Positions 18,331-28,013 of a stretch of 64,000 nt of DNA are shown piece after piece (position 1 is the stretch's first letter; every line of letters begins with the position of its first letter). Under the pieces are notes generated by a model, which saw only the letters and a program-made list of their open reading frames with translations, was not told the origin of the DNA and made no database searches. Source of the stretch: an uncultured Gemmataceae bacterium (GTDB lineage Bacteria > Planctomycetota > Planctomycetia > Gemmatales > Gemmataceae); contig CAVVPN010000003.1 in the NCBI GenBank assembly GCA_963750165.1, positions 2,016,001 through 2,080,000 of the forward strand. The letters run 5' to 3'. Both the position numbers and the translations under genes were made by a program.

Positions 18331-19080
18331 TCATCTCGGTGGGCGTTGAGACTCGAGGACGAGGCACACATCGTGAAGGCGCGGGATGAAGGCTGTCCGA
18401 TAGACCCGACCTGACGAGGTCGCACCGTGGCTGAAGCGGATAATCTCTGGTGCTGCGAGCCAATACCCCTCAGCCACTGCGGCGTTCAGCGTTCGGAAAG
18501 GGAGACCCAGGTAGCGGCCCTCGTGTTTCCCGTCGCCCATCAGAACCGCAAGCTTCCCGCCTTCGGCAAGGACGCCACGACAGTTCCTGAGAACCGAGCG
18601 AAGCTGCGTCACGAATTCCGGAACGCTCCCGGCACTCGACAAGCATCGGCCATCGCCCCCGTTGTACCGGACCATGTTCCAGTAAGGCGGATGAAGCCAG
18701 ATGAAGTCGAACTTGCCGAGGTCCTGGAAGAACTCCGCCCGTGTGGCGTCGAATCCGGATTTCAAGTCTCGTCCCACGTACTCAAGCCCGAGTTCCTTGC
18801 ACACGTCGCGGCAGGTGCCGCCACCCTCCATTGGGTCCAGGACCCGCCGGGCCCTGTAGAAAAGGAGAAGGTCCCTGATGAGGAGCCCCGAGCAGTTCCC
18901 TCGGTAGGCCGGGTCGCCGTAGTCGCCCCGTCCCGGTATCGCGTGGATACTCGTGAGCCAGGGAACGGGGCTTGCCGTCCGCGGGCATTCGGGGAGGGGA
19001 ACGGTTGTGGGTCCGTTGTCAGGCTGATTAATTCTCGACGCGAGTGTCTTTTTGCAATTCTTCGTGTCCATCGTCTTCAA
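18331..19080 (-). CDS. Orphan amino-type (m6A/m4C) DNA methyltransferase
   Basis: VLDPMEGGGT (motif I) and FDFIWLHPPYW (motif IV variant). Confidence 0.8.
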   Translation of the reverse strand: MKTMDTKNCKKTLASRINQPDNGPTTVPLPECPRTASPVPWLTSIHAIPGRGDYGDPAYRGNCSGLLIRDLLLFYRARRVLDPMEGGGTCRDVCKELGLEYVGRDLKSGFDATRAEFFQDLGKFDFIWLHPPYWNMVRYNGGDGRCLSSAGSVPEFVTQLRSVLRNCRGVLAEGGKLAVLMGDGKHEGRYLGLPFRTLNAAVAEGYWLAAPEIIRFSHGATSSGRVYRTAFIPRLHDVCLVLESQRPPR

Positions 19081-19118
19081 AATTAAGGGATGGGCCGGAA
19101 ACCCCGGCCCACCGCGTT

Positions 19119-19712
19119 TTAATATTCGTCCGGGAGCAACACCGTGGTCACGCTCCTGTCTGCCTCGGTCAACACCCAGAACTTTTGACCGCCACTCGTC
19201 CGGTAGGCCGAGAGAAGCCGGTCACCGTCCCGGAGGGCAGCATCGTTTTCTGCCTTGTCCGAATCACATACGTCGCCCCAGTCGCACGCCAGGTGGCGTC
19301 CGAGCGCGTCCTGGATGTCGGCTTGCGACAACGCCTCAAGGGCTCCGGGCGTCGCGACAAGGCGGCCCGCCAGGAACTTGGCCTCAGTCGGCACCTCGAC
19401 AGGTGAGGGAATCGTCCGCACCAGGTCGTCCCACGAAGTGGTGAAGGTCAAGCCGTGGAACGGACTGTCCGGACGGATGAGGGCCGTTAGGGCCGGGCCG
19501 TTGCAGGCGGCATTGTCCAACTCCCCCGCAGTAACGCCGTGCTGCATGACGGCATGCTGAAGAGCCGCATAGTGTCGTTCCGAGTCGATGCCGAAGTCCA
19601 CGACTGCCGCAGGGCTGGGCCAGGAGTCGAGAATGAGCGCTAGATAGAGTTGCTGAGTGACGGGCCGCACCGGCGGCCGGGAGTGTGCGTCTGCTTTCCT
19701 GTCTTTTTTCAT
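19119..19712 (-). CDS. Plasmid-associated conserved protein
   Basis: C-terminal GRLVATPGAL...RHLACDWGDV...ND.AL..G.RLLSAY...TEADRSVTTVLLPDEY domain, common on mobile elements; GGAGG RBS. Confidence 0.75.
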   Translation of the reverse strand: MKKDRKADAHSRPPVRPVTQQLYLALILDSWPSPAAVVDFGIDSERHYAALQHAVMQHGVTAGELDNAACNGPALTALIRPDSPFHGLTFTTSWDDLVRTIPSPVEVPTEAKFLAGRLVATPGALEALSQADIQDALGRHLACDWGDVCDSDKAENDAALRDGDRLLSAYRTSGGQKFWVLTEADRSVTTVLLPDEY

Positions 19713-19832
19713 GGTGTTTCCTCCGTGTTGTTGCGTGTCACGACTATCCGCGCCGGATGTTACGCCTTTTAGAGCCCGCACCCGCGCTGATGAATCATCC
19801 TTCCGTTGGCCCCGCCTCCAGAAAACCGCTTT

Positions 19833-20075
19833 TTCGGCGGAAGGTGGGCTTTTTTTGCTGTTCGTCACTTCTGACAGCAAAAAAAGCCCACCTTCTGACG
19901 AAGAACGGCGAAGCCGAAAAGATAAGGCCGGGCGAAGCCCGACCTTGTAGATGCCGCCGGATCGCGACGGAGGCGAAAAGCACGGGACATGACGGGCGGC
20001 TTTTTGCCCGGCGTGGCCCGTGCGGGCCGGAGGAGGGCCGCCGGCCGGTAAGTGGTCAGGCGAAGCCTGACGATT
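19833..20075 (+). promoter_or_regulatory. Structured leader element, copy C (ssDNA promoter candidate)
   Basis: Perfect 22-bp inverted repeat 19840-19861/19874-19895 with a 12-nt loop; GGCGAAGCC mini-hairpins; TGCCGCCGGATCG shared with copy B. Confidence 0.6.
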
Positions 20076-20144
20076 GGGTCCCGTCGCAGCATTCGCTCCG
20101 GGGACGTCACCTGGCGTTACTTGGTCCCTCCCGCTTGCGCCGTG

Positions 20145-20327
20145 TGTCAGAAGCGGTTTGAAAGTATACCACTTTCGCGGAGCCAGTTGAGCCACCCTCG
20201 GAGAGGGTGTGGTCGCCGTAAGTCCAAGTACGGGTTCCTCTTCTCTGTTGCCGGTCGCTGGAAAAGGGCCTGCGGGGTGGCTCACTTCTGGCCGCGAAAA
20301 TGGTACACTTTCTGGCCGCGATTGACA
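20145..20327. mobile_element. IS21-type MITE, copy 1 (183 bp)
   Basis: TGTCA...TGACA ends with tandem subterminal repeats; flanked by 6-bp direct repeat GCCGTG (20139-20144, 20328-20333); no transposase. Confidence 0.85.
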
Positions 20328-20679
20328 GCCGTGACGGCGGCACGTGTAGAATCCTTCCGTTCCTTGCAAACTTCCTTCGGTTTCACCCCACTCCATCGAG
20401 CCAATGGAGGGCCGACGGAGTGGGGCCTTTTCCTCTCTGAAGGTGGAGGCCACGGCCAGTGGCTCAGGCTTGTTTCAGATCCGTCCACCATTCACGCTTT
20501 TCCTCCCGGACCAGAGTCACGAGGGTTGACGCGGAGCAGCAGAGCGTGCCAGAGTCTCCCGAACATTTCCAATTTGGGTAGAAGGGCCTTCTTCCACCTC
20601 CCAACCGACCATTGGGAGGTGGGCGATAGCACGAAGGTTTTTTGTGCCCCGCCTCTCCTGTCTTCTGGGGAGAGCATTC

Positions 20680-21429
20680 ATGGCTACGGCCAGTCTGGTC
20701 CTCCACCGCGGGGCGCGCCCCGTCAACGTGGAGGAACTGCAGGAGTTCCGGGCCCCGCCGCCCGAAGGGCGCTGGTTCCCGGTCTGTCATTCCCGTGTCG
20801 TGGAGACCGTGAAATCCACGCTCCGGGAAGCCGGCTACGAGATCCGCAAGGAGCAGTATGGCGTGATGCGGGACGGCGGCCGTTTCTTCGGCACGCTCGA
20901 TCTCGGCACGCCCATCGCGTCTGGCGTTACGCTCGCGGTCGGCATCCGCAACTCTGTGGACAAGTCGTTCCCGCTGGGCTTCTGTGCCGGCAACCGCGTG
21001 TTCGTGTGCGACAACCTCGCCTTCCGGTCGGAACTTCTCGTCCGGAAGAAGCACACGCTCAACGGCGAGCGGAACTTCGTGAAGTCGATTGCCGGTGCGG
21101 TCACGTCGCTCACGAGTTTCAAAGAGCAGGAGGCGGACCGTATCCGGCGCTTCATGCGTCTTGAACTCTCGCCCGAACTCGCGGACGCGCTCATCCTGCG
21201 TGCCTACGAGAAAGGCATCGTGGGGGCGCATCAGCTGGCCCGGGTCATTCACGAGTGGCGGAATCCCGCCTACGAGGAATTCCGGGAGCGGAACGTCTGG
21301 AGCCTCTTCAACGCCTTCACTTCGGCACTTCGGGACAGGTCGGTCGAGCAGCCGCACGCTTTCGCGGTCCAGACCATGCAACTCAACGGCCTGCTCGACT
21401 TTCGCCCGGAATTGGCTGTCTCAGCGTAA
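20680..21429 (+). CDS. DUF932/DUF945-family protein (second subfamily)
   Basis: WFPVCH...FFGTLDL...GIRNSVDKSF...GNRVFVCDNLAF...KHT...WSLFNAFT. Confidence 0.8.
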   Translation: MATASLVLHRGARPVNVEELQEFRAPPPEGRWFPVCHSRVVETVKSTLREAGYEIRKEQYGVMRDGGRFFGTLDLGTPIASGVTLAVGIRNSVDKSFPLGFCAGNRVFVCDNLAFRSELLVRKKHTLNGERNFVKSIAGAVTSLTSFKEQEADRIRRFMRLELSPELADALILRAYEKGIVGAHQLARVIHEWRNPAYEEFRERNVWSLFNAFTSALRDRSVEQPHAFAVQTMQLNGLLDFRPELAVSA

Positions 21430-21573
21430 GTTCACGCGGGAAGAGGGCCGGCGCGGCGTTCTTCCGGCACATCCGAAGTCACCACCGCGAAAGTCACAAC
21501 CGTGGATGAAGACCATCTCTGTGGTTGCATGTTGAACCGAACCCATTACTCACAAGAAAGGCAGGTATCGGAC

Positions 21574-21912
21574 ATGGCAAAGAAAGACGGCCCGCCCGCC
21601 GGGCCAAAGCCGGAACGGCAGCGGCCGGCACACGAATGCCGCATCGGGCGCATCCGCGCGACGATCTGGGCAAACCAGCACGAGACGCAAGGCACCTGGT
21701 ACAGCATCACCCTCTCCCGGTCGTACAAGACCGGTGAGGGACAGTGGAAGTCAGCATCGAGCTTCGGCCGCGATGACCTTCTGGTTGTCGGGGAAGTCAC
21801 CCGCATGGCCTTCCACTGGATCCAGCGACAATACCAGGAGAAAAACAACGGGGCTGGACAAAAGGAGCCGGGAGAAGAAGCTCCTTCGGACGAAATGGAC
21901 ATCCCCTTCTGA
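21574..21912 (+). CDS. Putative ssDNA-binding protein with SSB-type acidic tail
   Basis: RIGRIRATIWAN...YSITLSRSYK...WKSASSFGRDDL; ends EMDIPF. Confidence 0.65.
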   Translation: MAKKDGPPAGPKPERQRPAHECRIGRIRATIWANQHETQGTWYSITLSRSYKTGEGQWKSASSFGRDDLLVVGEVTRMAFHWIQRQYQEKNNGAGQKEPGEEAPSDEMDIPF

Positions 21913-21971
21913 TCTGTGATTGCGGGAACCTGGGCAGGGAAGCCCTGGTTTTCTTCGCCGCCAGAAAGGGG

Positions 21972-22418
21972 GTGTTCGTGAAAACTGTCACAAGTTGGGA
22001 CCAGCTTCGCCCGTTCGGCATCGACGTGCTGACCGGCGAAGCGTGCGGGCTCGGCTACCGGCTTCTTTGTGACCTGACCGCCAAGGGAAAGGTCATCGTC
22101 GAGAAGTGCCTGGGCATGCCGGACTTGCCGCTCTACGAGCAGTGGAACAGCGGGAGCAAGGAGGAGCCGCACGTCGGGTGCATCATGCTCGTTCCCGAGA
22201 TGTTCACGCCGCTGGCGGTCTTCGCCGTTCTCGAATCCGGCTACAAAGAATGCTGGGTAACCAAGAACGGGAGCGTTTACGCCATCGACCCGGACGATCC
22301 GCAGGACGCCATCGAAGCGGTTCGCACTTGGCTCGGCGTTGAGTCCATGCGGCGGTTCTCCTACCGGGGAACTGCTCGCGACCGGAACGTTCACGTCATG
22401 TCAGGAAGGACGCAGTGA
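21972..22418 (+). CDS. Hypothetical protein
   Basis: GC3-rich ORF in operon context; LTGEACGLGYRLLCDL motif. Confidence 0.65.
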   Translation: MFVKTVTSWDQLRPFGIDVLTGEACGLGYRLLCDLTAKGKVIVEKCLGMPDLPLYEQWNSGSKEEPHVGCIMLVPEMFTPLAVFAVLESGYKECWVTKNGSVYAIDPDDPQDAIEAVRTWLGVESMRRFSYRGTARDRNVHVMSGRTQ

Positions 22419-22676
22419 CAGACCGGGCGACCTCGCGAGGGAATGTCCTGGGCTAACCGCGGCTGACGCAGCCCAGGGGTTCGGCACGGTGTCTTCGGAC
22501 ACGACCTCACCCGAGCGCGAACCAGCCGCAAGCGAGGCGCCCGTCCTTCTTCGGAGAGGTTTTTGCAAAGGATTCTGCATCGCTCCACCTCTCCACTCAT
22601 TTGACTACAGGTCGGCCGCGGTGCATTCTGTCAGTTTAACGCCTGGTCATCTTCCAACCCATTTCCCAAATACTCT

Positions 22677-23189
22677 ATGTCGCTAGCCGGCAGCATCCTT
22701 GTCTGTGCAGGTCTCGGATCGCTCACCGGTCTTGCGGTCCGGCTTCTCTGGCTGTGGCGATTACGACGCAAGTTTCGGGAGCCGGTTCCCGACGTGTTTC
22801 CCTACCGGCCGCGCTGCGCCCTCCTCAGCCCTACGGAACTCGACTTCTACAAAGCTCTCGAACGCAGCCTGGGAGGGCGCTACACCGTCTGCATGAAGGT
22901 ACGGCTGGCGGACGTGATCGATTGCCCCAGGGCGGCCTGGAGCATGGGCTACGGCCGGTTGATCGCGCAGAAACACCTCGACTTCGTTCTCATCGACCCG
23001 GCGACCACTCGGATCCGGGCTGCAATCGAATTGGATGATCGCTCGCACAGGCTTCAGGTTCGCCGGGCCAGGGACCGGTTCGTCGAGGCGGCCATGCACG
23101 CCGCCGGCGTCCCCTTAGTTCGCCTGCCGGCCGCGAGCGCGTACCGGCCGCACGAAGTCTGGCGGACGGTCAAGAAAGCGCTGGGGTAG
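22677..23189 (+). CDS. DUF2726-domain protein (TM anchor plus nuclease-like fold)
   Basis: LLSPTELDFY...KVRLADVI...KHLDFVL...IELDDRSH...RD.FV...AGVPLVR. Confidence 0.9.
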   Translation: MSLAGSILVCAGLGSLTGLAVRLLWLWRLRRKFREPVPDVFPYRPRCALLSPTELDFYKALERSLGGRYTVCMKVRLADVIDCPRAAWSMGYGRLIAQKHLDFVLIDPATTRIRAAIELDDRSHRLQVRRARDRFVEAAMHAAGVPLVRLPAASAYRPHEVWRTVKKALG

Positions 23190-23248
23190 GGTCCCGGCGG
23201 CGACGACCCACTTGTTTTGCGTGCGGGTTATCGCATAAAGTACGCTCG

Positions 23249-24166
23249 ATGAAGAAAAACAGCCGCACACCCGAAACCCGCTCCGTCCTCTTCAGCTTCA
23301 AGTTCGTCAGCATCGCCCTTGTCGGCTCGCTGACGATGGCGCTGGTCTCCACCTTCGCGCCCGTGCCGGCGCAGGTGGCGGTCCTCGGCGCCTGCGTGAG
23401 CATTCTCGCCGGGCTCTTCGTGGCCTACGCGGAACAAGAAGAGGCCCGCGAGCGCCGGCGGGCGGAACTGCTCGAACGGCTCCGCATTCCACTGGCGCTG
23501 GCGCGCGAGCACGATCTCTTCGACCAGTATTGCGTCATCGCCGAGGCGCTTGCCGACCTCGCCGGCCAGCCGGACGCCGTCCTCCGCCAGTTCGCGCTGC
23601 TCAAGCTGTCGTCCATCGCCGGCCAGGTCGAATCGCTCGCCCAGGGGACGGTGGTTTTCTCAAGCACGGAAACGTGGCGTACCGTCTACGAGCAGCTCCT
23701 GGAATGCGACCTGTCGCTCTATCAGTCAGTCGCATGGGTCAAGACGAAGGACTACTGGCAGGACCGGCCCGGTTGGCAGAGCATGCGCCTGAATTTCGAC
23801 CTCGTTCGGCGGGGGCTGCGCATCGAGCGGGTCGTGATCCTCCGCAACCACCTCTGGCCCGTCGGCGAACGATTGCCAACGGACGAAGTTTGCCCGTGGA
23901 TTCAGGAGCAGCACGACCACGGCATCTGGATTCTCCTCGTTCGCGAGTCCGACATCGCCAGCGAACCCGATTTACTTGCCGACTTTGGAATTTACGGCGA
24001 GAGAGCGACTGGCCTACAGGAGCTCGATGACCAGTCGCGAACCCTTCGCTTCATCCTCCACTTCGACCCCCAAAACGTTCGGCTGGCGCGCGACCGCTGG
24101 ACCCGGCTGCTGCTGTACACCACGTCATTCGCAGGTCTACTGGATCAAACAAATCTCAATGGATAA
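23249..24166 (+). CDS. Two-TM protein with soluble C-terminal domain of unknown function
   Basis: Two N-terminal hydrophobic helices; RRGLRIERVVIL...DFGIYG in the C-terminal domain. Confidence 0.75.
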   Translation: MKKNSRTPETRSVLFSFKFVSIALVGSLTMALVSTFAPVPAQVAVLGACVSILAGLFVAYAEQEEARERRRAELLERLRIPLALAREHDLFDQYCVIAEALADLAGQPDAVLRQFALLKLSSIAGQVESLAQGTVVFSSTETWRTVYEQLLECDLSLYQSVAWVKTKDYWQDRPGWQSMRLNFDLVRRGLRIERVVILRNHLWPVGERLPTDEVCPWIQEQHDHGIWILLVRESDIASEPDLLADFGIYGERATGLQELDDQSRTLRFILHFDPQNVRLARDRWTRLLLYTTSFAGLLDQTNLNG

Positions 24167-24198
24167 GATCGGATCAGCTGCAAGGCGCCCGTGTCCCC

Positions 24199-25428
24199 GT
24201 GCCCGGAACCGCGATGCCGACCGACCTTTACCTGGATACCGCCCGGTTCGGACTGATGGTCCCCGCCACCCAGCGGGCTCAGGTCGATTTCGCGCGCGTC
24301 TGCGGGGAGGAAGGCGGCTCGGCCCACATCGACGAGCTGCTGCGTGGTGGGTCTGAAGCGTGGCCGGTGAGCATGCGCCAGCGCTATCCGGGGTTGGCCG
24401 ACTGGCACGGCACCGCACGGCTCAAAGAACTGCTCGCTCGCCTGGCCGGCGCGCCGCCACGGACCCCCATGCTGCTGGCCAACCGCTCGGCCGAGCTGAT
24501 GAAGCTCGCCGCGCGAGCCCTGTTCCGCCGTTGTGGATCTGTCCTCCACACCGACCTGGAATGGCCCGGCTTCCTGGCAATCCTGGACGCCGAACGCCGC
24601 CGTGCTCGGGGCCGTCTGGTTGTATTCCCGGCCCGCGAGGCATGCTTCCGTCGGGGGCTGCAAGCCGCAGAATTCGTGAGGGCGCTCGCCACCCAGTATC
24701 GGCGTGAGCAGTGCGAGGGCCTTTTTCTGAGCGCGGTCAGCTTCGAGGGACTCCGGCTACCCATTGGGGAAGTCATCGCCTCGCTCTCCGACGTGCGGCC
24801 GCCGCGGTTTGTCGTGGTGGACGGCGCCCAGGCCCTGGCCCACGTGCCGGGAGACATTCCCGCCTGCGACGTGTACCTGGCCGGCTGCCACAAGTGGTTG
24901 GCCGCCGGTCATCCCATGGGACTGGCTTTCCACCCCCGGCAAAACTCCCAGGACTTTCTGCGGACTCTCGCCGACGAGATGGTGGCGGACGGCGACCTGG
25001 ACGACCCGCTTCTCCTCTTCACCGCGCAACTGGAAAACCGTTGCCTGAAACCTTTCTCCGAGACCGTTAGCCTCGCCGGTTTGTTCTCCAGCGCTGCCGC
25101 GGCGGCCGACCTGGCGGACCCGCTTGGGCCTGCTGCCTGTTTTCCAGCTCGCCTCGAGAACGCCGACCTGCTGGCGGAAGCAGCCCGGCCGAGTGGCTGG
25201 GAGCCAGTCATTCCCGACGCCCCCTTGCGGTGCGGGATCCTTCTGCTCCAGGGCCGCGATCCCCACGTCCAGGCGGCACCGGCGGAAGAACTTCGGGCAG
25301 GCTTTCAGCAGCACGGGGTCGCGGTCACGACGTACCCGGCCGGAATCGCCCGAGTCTCCCTTCCGCCCCGGCCGTGGAAAGGAAAGGAACTGGACCGGCT
25401 GCGGTCCGTCCTGCAAGCCTGCGCCTGA
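24199..25428 (+). CDS. Aminotransferase class V-fold PLP-dependent enzyme
   Basis: LYLDTAR, VVDGAQA, DVYLAGCHKW (PLP lysine). Confidence 0.8.
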   Translation: MPGTAMPTDLYLDTARFGLMVPATQRAQVDFARVCGEEGGSAHIDELLRGGSEAWPVSMRQRYPGLADWHGTARLKELLARLAGAPPRTPMLLANRSAELMKLAARALFRRCGSVLHTDLEWPGFLAILDAERRRARGRLVVFPAREACFRRGLQAAEFVRALATQYRREQCEGLFLSAVSFEGLRLPIGEVIASLSDVRPPRFVVVDGAQALAHVPGDIPACDVYLAGCHKWLAAGHPMGLAFHPRQNSQDFLRTLADEMVADGDLDDPLLLFTAQLENRCLKPFSETVSLAGLFSSAAAAADLADPLGPAACFPARLENADLLAEAARPSGWEPVIPDAPLRCGILLLQGRDPHVQAAPAEELRAGFQQHGVAVTTYPAGIARVSLPPRPWKGKELDRLRSVLQACA

Positions 25429-25701
25429 TCACGGCTCATTCGTTGGCGGAATGCGAGCCTCACGCCTGGCGCGGAGGGCCAGAACGTTTTTCAACGCGAG
25501 TTGCCGGGCTTCTTCCGACACTACCGGCAGCGCCCTGTCCGCGGCCGCCCGGGCCGCCTCCGCGAGTCTTCTTTCATCGTCGCGGATGATCAGGAGCGCG
25601 ACGTACGTCGCGAGATCCGTGTGTTCGGCCGCGGCCCCTGCTCTCGCCATTTCTTCCACGAACTCTGGTAAATCGAAAGTCATCGTTACCCTCCAAGCCA
25701 T
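25429..25701 (-). CDS. Hypothetical protein
   Basis: Helical 90-aa ORF downstream of the YdcF gene. Confidence 0.45.
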   Translation of the reverse strand: MAWRVTMTFDLPEFVEEMARAGAAAEHTDLATYVALLIIRDDERRLAEAARAAADRALPVVSEEARQLALKNVLALRARREARIPPTNEP

Positions 25702-25722
25702 CTCCCGGAAACAATGAGGGGC

Positions 25723-26283
25723 CTAACCTTGCCGTCGCCTCAGTGCACGTACAACCTCGCTGTAAAGTGCCAGTTCGGTGGCGACGCATGTCCGGCCCTC
25801 GGCCGACTGTTGCCAGCTATCGGCGCTGACACCGTCTTCGTGCGGACAGGCCAGGAGGCAGACACCCGCCGGGAAGATGGCCCGCGCGAGCAGCCGGGCC
25901 CGGCCCATGTGGTATCCGCACGAGACCAGGATGACCGTCGAGAGCGATTCCAAAAGGTCACGTTCGCGGAGCAACGCGAGAGACCGCGTAACATTCTCCA
26001 TCGTCGTCCGCGCCAGGGGTTCTACAAGGACACCTTCCGGACGGACGCCGGCCTCGACAGCAACTGCGGCCATCAACTTCGCCTCCGCAGGGCCGCCGGG
26101 CGCCGTGACCCCGCCGGTCACGAGGAGCCGGGGGACGAACCTCTCGGTGTAGAGGCGAGCCGCTTGCCTCACCCGCCGGGCTGACGTATCCGGGTCGTGG
26201 TGACCGAAGACCAGCGCAAGGTCCGCCCGTTCCGGTTCGTCCCGCACGAACAGCCAACGGGCGACTTCTTCCACTTGCTTCAC
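25723..26283 (-). CDS. YdcF/DUF218-family protein
   Basis: ADLALVFG...LLVTGG...EA..M...VEPLARTTMEN...VSCGYHMGRA. Confidence 0.9.
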   Translation of the reverse strand: MKQVEEVARWLFVRDEPERADLALVFGHHDPDTSARRVRQAARLYTERFVPRLLVTGGVTAPGGPAEAKLMAAVAVEAGVRPEGVLVEPLARTTMENVTRSLALLRERDLLESLSTVILVSCGYHMGRARLLARAIFPAGVCLLACPHEDGVSADSWQQSAEGRTCVATELALYSEVVRALRRRQG

Positions 26284-26399
26284 GGCGAAGCCTCCACGCG
26301 TGCGACGTTTTCTCTTCCCCCGGAAGAGCCTGTCCTGAAAGAATAGCGAGTATGTAGCCCCGGCCAGGGAGCCCGAGAAAAAAGGAAAAAGAAAGCTAG

Positions 26400-26708
26400 C
26401 TAGAACGGAAGCCCGGTGCGCACGTCATGCACGACGCGCAGGATGGAACGCACACGGTCTTCATGCGCTTCCATCTCACGCTCGATCACGTACGGGTACA
26501 GATCGGGATGATGCGAACCTTCCAGTTCCTTGATGCGCCGGCGGGCGGTCCGCAGCGATTCGGCGATGAGGAACTTCTCGGTCCGGTCCAACTCCGCTTT
26601 CGTTTCAAGATTCGGATCGAGACTCGCCCCCAGGTCCCAGACCGAATACTCAGGTTGATGAAAACCGTTGTTCATCATCGCCTTCCTCCCCAGCAACAAG
26701 TCGCTCAC
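26400..26708 (-). CDS. Hypothetical protein
   Basis: 102-aa ORF with plausible composition. Confidence 0.5.
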   Translation of the reverse strand: MSDLLLGRKAMMNNGFHQPEYSVWDLGASLDPNLETKAELDRTEKFLIAESLRTARRRIKELEGSHHPDLYPYVIEREMEAHEDRVRSILRVVHDVRTGLPF

Positions 26709-26929
26709 GGCCTGTCTCGCTGCTCAAGACAATGCGCACAGGGTTGAACCCGGACAGAACGTGCGACCCAACCCTCAAAATACGATCGCGCTCCGTCTCT
26801 TGTCGATGCCCGTTGGCCTACTTTCCACAAAAAGTTCAGGCTCGCGTGCGGCTCCCTCTTGGAGCACACGACATCTTTATGAAGGAGGGTAAGCGTCAGC
26901 CGGGAGGGCCGGAATTCCCTTGCCCAATG

Positions 26930-27140
26930 CCGTTTTGAAAATAATTGAGGGCATTGAGGCGCGCTCACTCCTGGACACCATCGACGGGTGCGGCATCTCG
27001 GGCTTGCGCGACAGGGCTTTTATCGGTCAAATGGTCTACTCGTTCGCCTTTGCCAGAGCAGCCGTCGGAATGAACGTGGAGGGCTACTTTCAGCAAGGAA
27101 AGCGGTGGTGGCTCCATCTGCATGAGAAGGACGGCCGAAA
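26930..27140 (+). pseudogene. Tyrosine recombinase fragment
   Basis: EARSLLDTID...GLRDRAFIGQMVYSFA...GMNVEGYFQQGKRWWLHLHEK; no intact start or C-terminal catalytic motifs. Confidence 0.7.
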
Positions 27141-27150
27141 AGGGCCACGC

Positions 27151-27438
27151 CTACTCGGATTTGTTCATGCCGAGCGGACTCTCCTCGAATGGGATGGAGT
27201 CGTAAAGCTCGTAGACCAGAATGGGATTCCCTTCGGCATCGTGGGTGTGGGTCACATCCACCTCACCCGATTCAGTCGGGACGATATACATATCGTTGTC
27301 GGGATCGACGACAAAGAACAGTTTGCCGCCTTCCCAATACCACTGTTTTAGTTCGTGTTTCTGGATGGAAACACCTCGATCACCGAACCAGTTCAAAACC
27401 TGCTGCTTGGTCCAGCCAGATTTCGGTGTTCTCGGCAT
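27151..27438 (-). CDS. Hypothetical protein (lower GC)
   Basis: 95-aa ORF MPRTPKSGWTKQQVLNWF... Confidence 0.5.
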   Translation of the reverse strand: MPRTPKSGWTKQQVLNWFGDRGVSIQKHELKQWYWEGGKLFFVVDPDNDMYIVPTESGEVDVTHTHDAEGNPILVYELYDSIPFEESPLGMNKSE

Positions 27439-27632
27439 TTTGAAGCCCTCTAGGTGATACGGGTTCGTTTGCTTGTACTGCAACGGACGCACGTGGCCAG
27501 CACCGCGCATGCCCCACAACCACACCGTTTCTTCCAGGGGGCGCTTACGACGAGAGCAACAGGCTACGATTGGGGCCCTCGCACTGTCTGGTATTGGAGC
27601 CATGCCGAGTCAGCAGATCGATGCCCCTTAAG

Positions 27633-27893
27633 TTACGGGTCGATCCTCGCCAAAGCCCATCGGACCACGTCCCGAATGTAGGGACTTTCATCATTGCACA
27701 GGGCCTTCAGTGCTGGAATAGCTTCCACTGCAGGGCGGCCGATGTATCCCAAACCGCGAACCGCCTTCTTGCGAATCCGCGGGTTACTGTCGTGCAGCCC
27801 GGCCAGATAATTCTGAACCAACCTTTGTTGAAGCGTCTGGATTCCCATGGCAAGTTCGTCGTTCGGGGTCGATGTAAAATGAGTCCGTTTCAT
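27633..27893 (-). CDS. HEAT-repeat protein
   Basis: LHDSNPRIRKKAVRGLG...AIPALKALCNDESPYIRDVVRWALARI. Confidence 0.75.
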   Translation of the reverse strand: MKRTHFTSTPNDELAMGIQTLQQRLVQNYLAGLHDSNPRIRKKAVRGLGYIGRPAVEAIPALKALCNDESPYIRDVVRWALARIDP

Positions 27894-28013
27894 AGGGGAA
27901 CCTTATCATGCTGCCTCGGGGGACAAAAGGCTGTTAAGAGGATCCGTAAAAACTCTATTGCATTCCACCTCAGCCCACTCTAATCCAATCCACACGAAAA
28001 CAAGGAGGCGACA

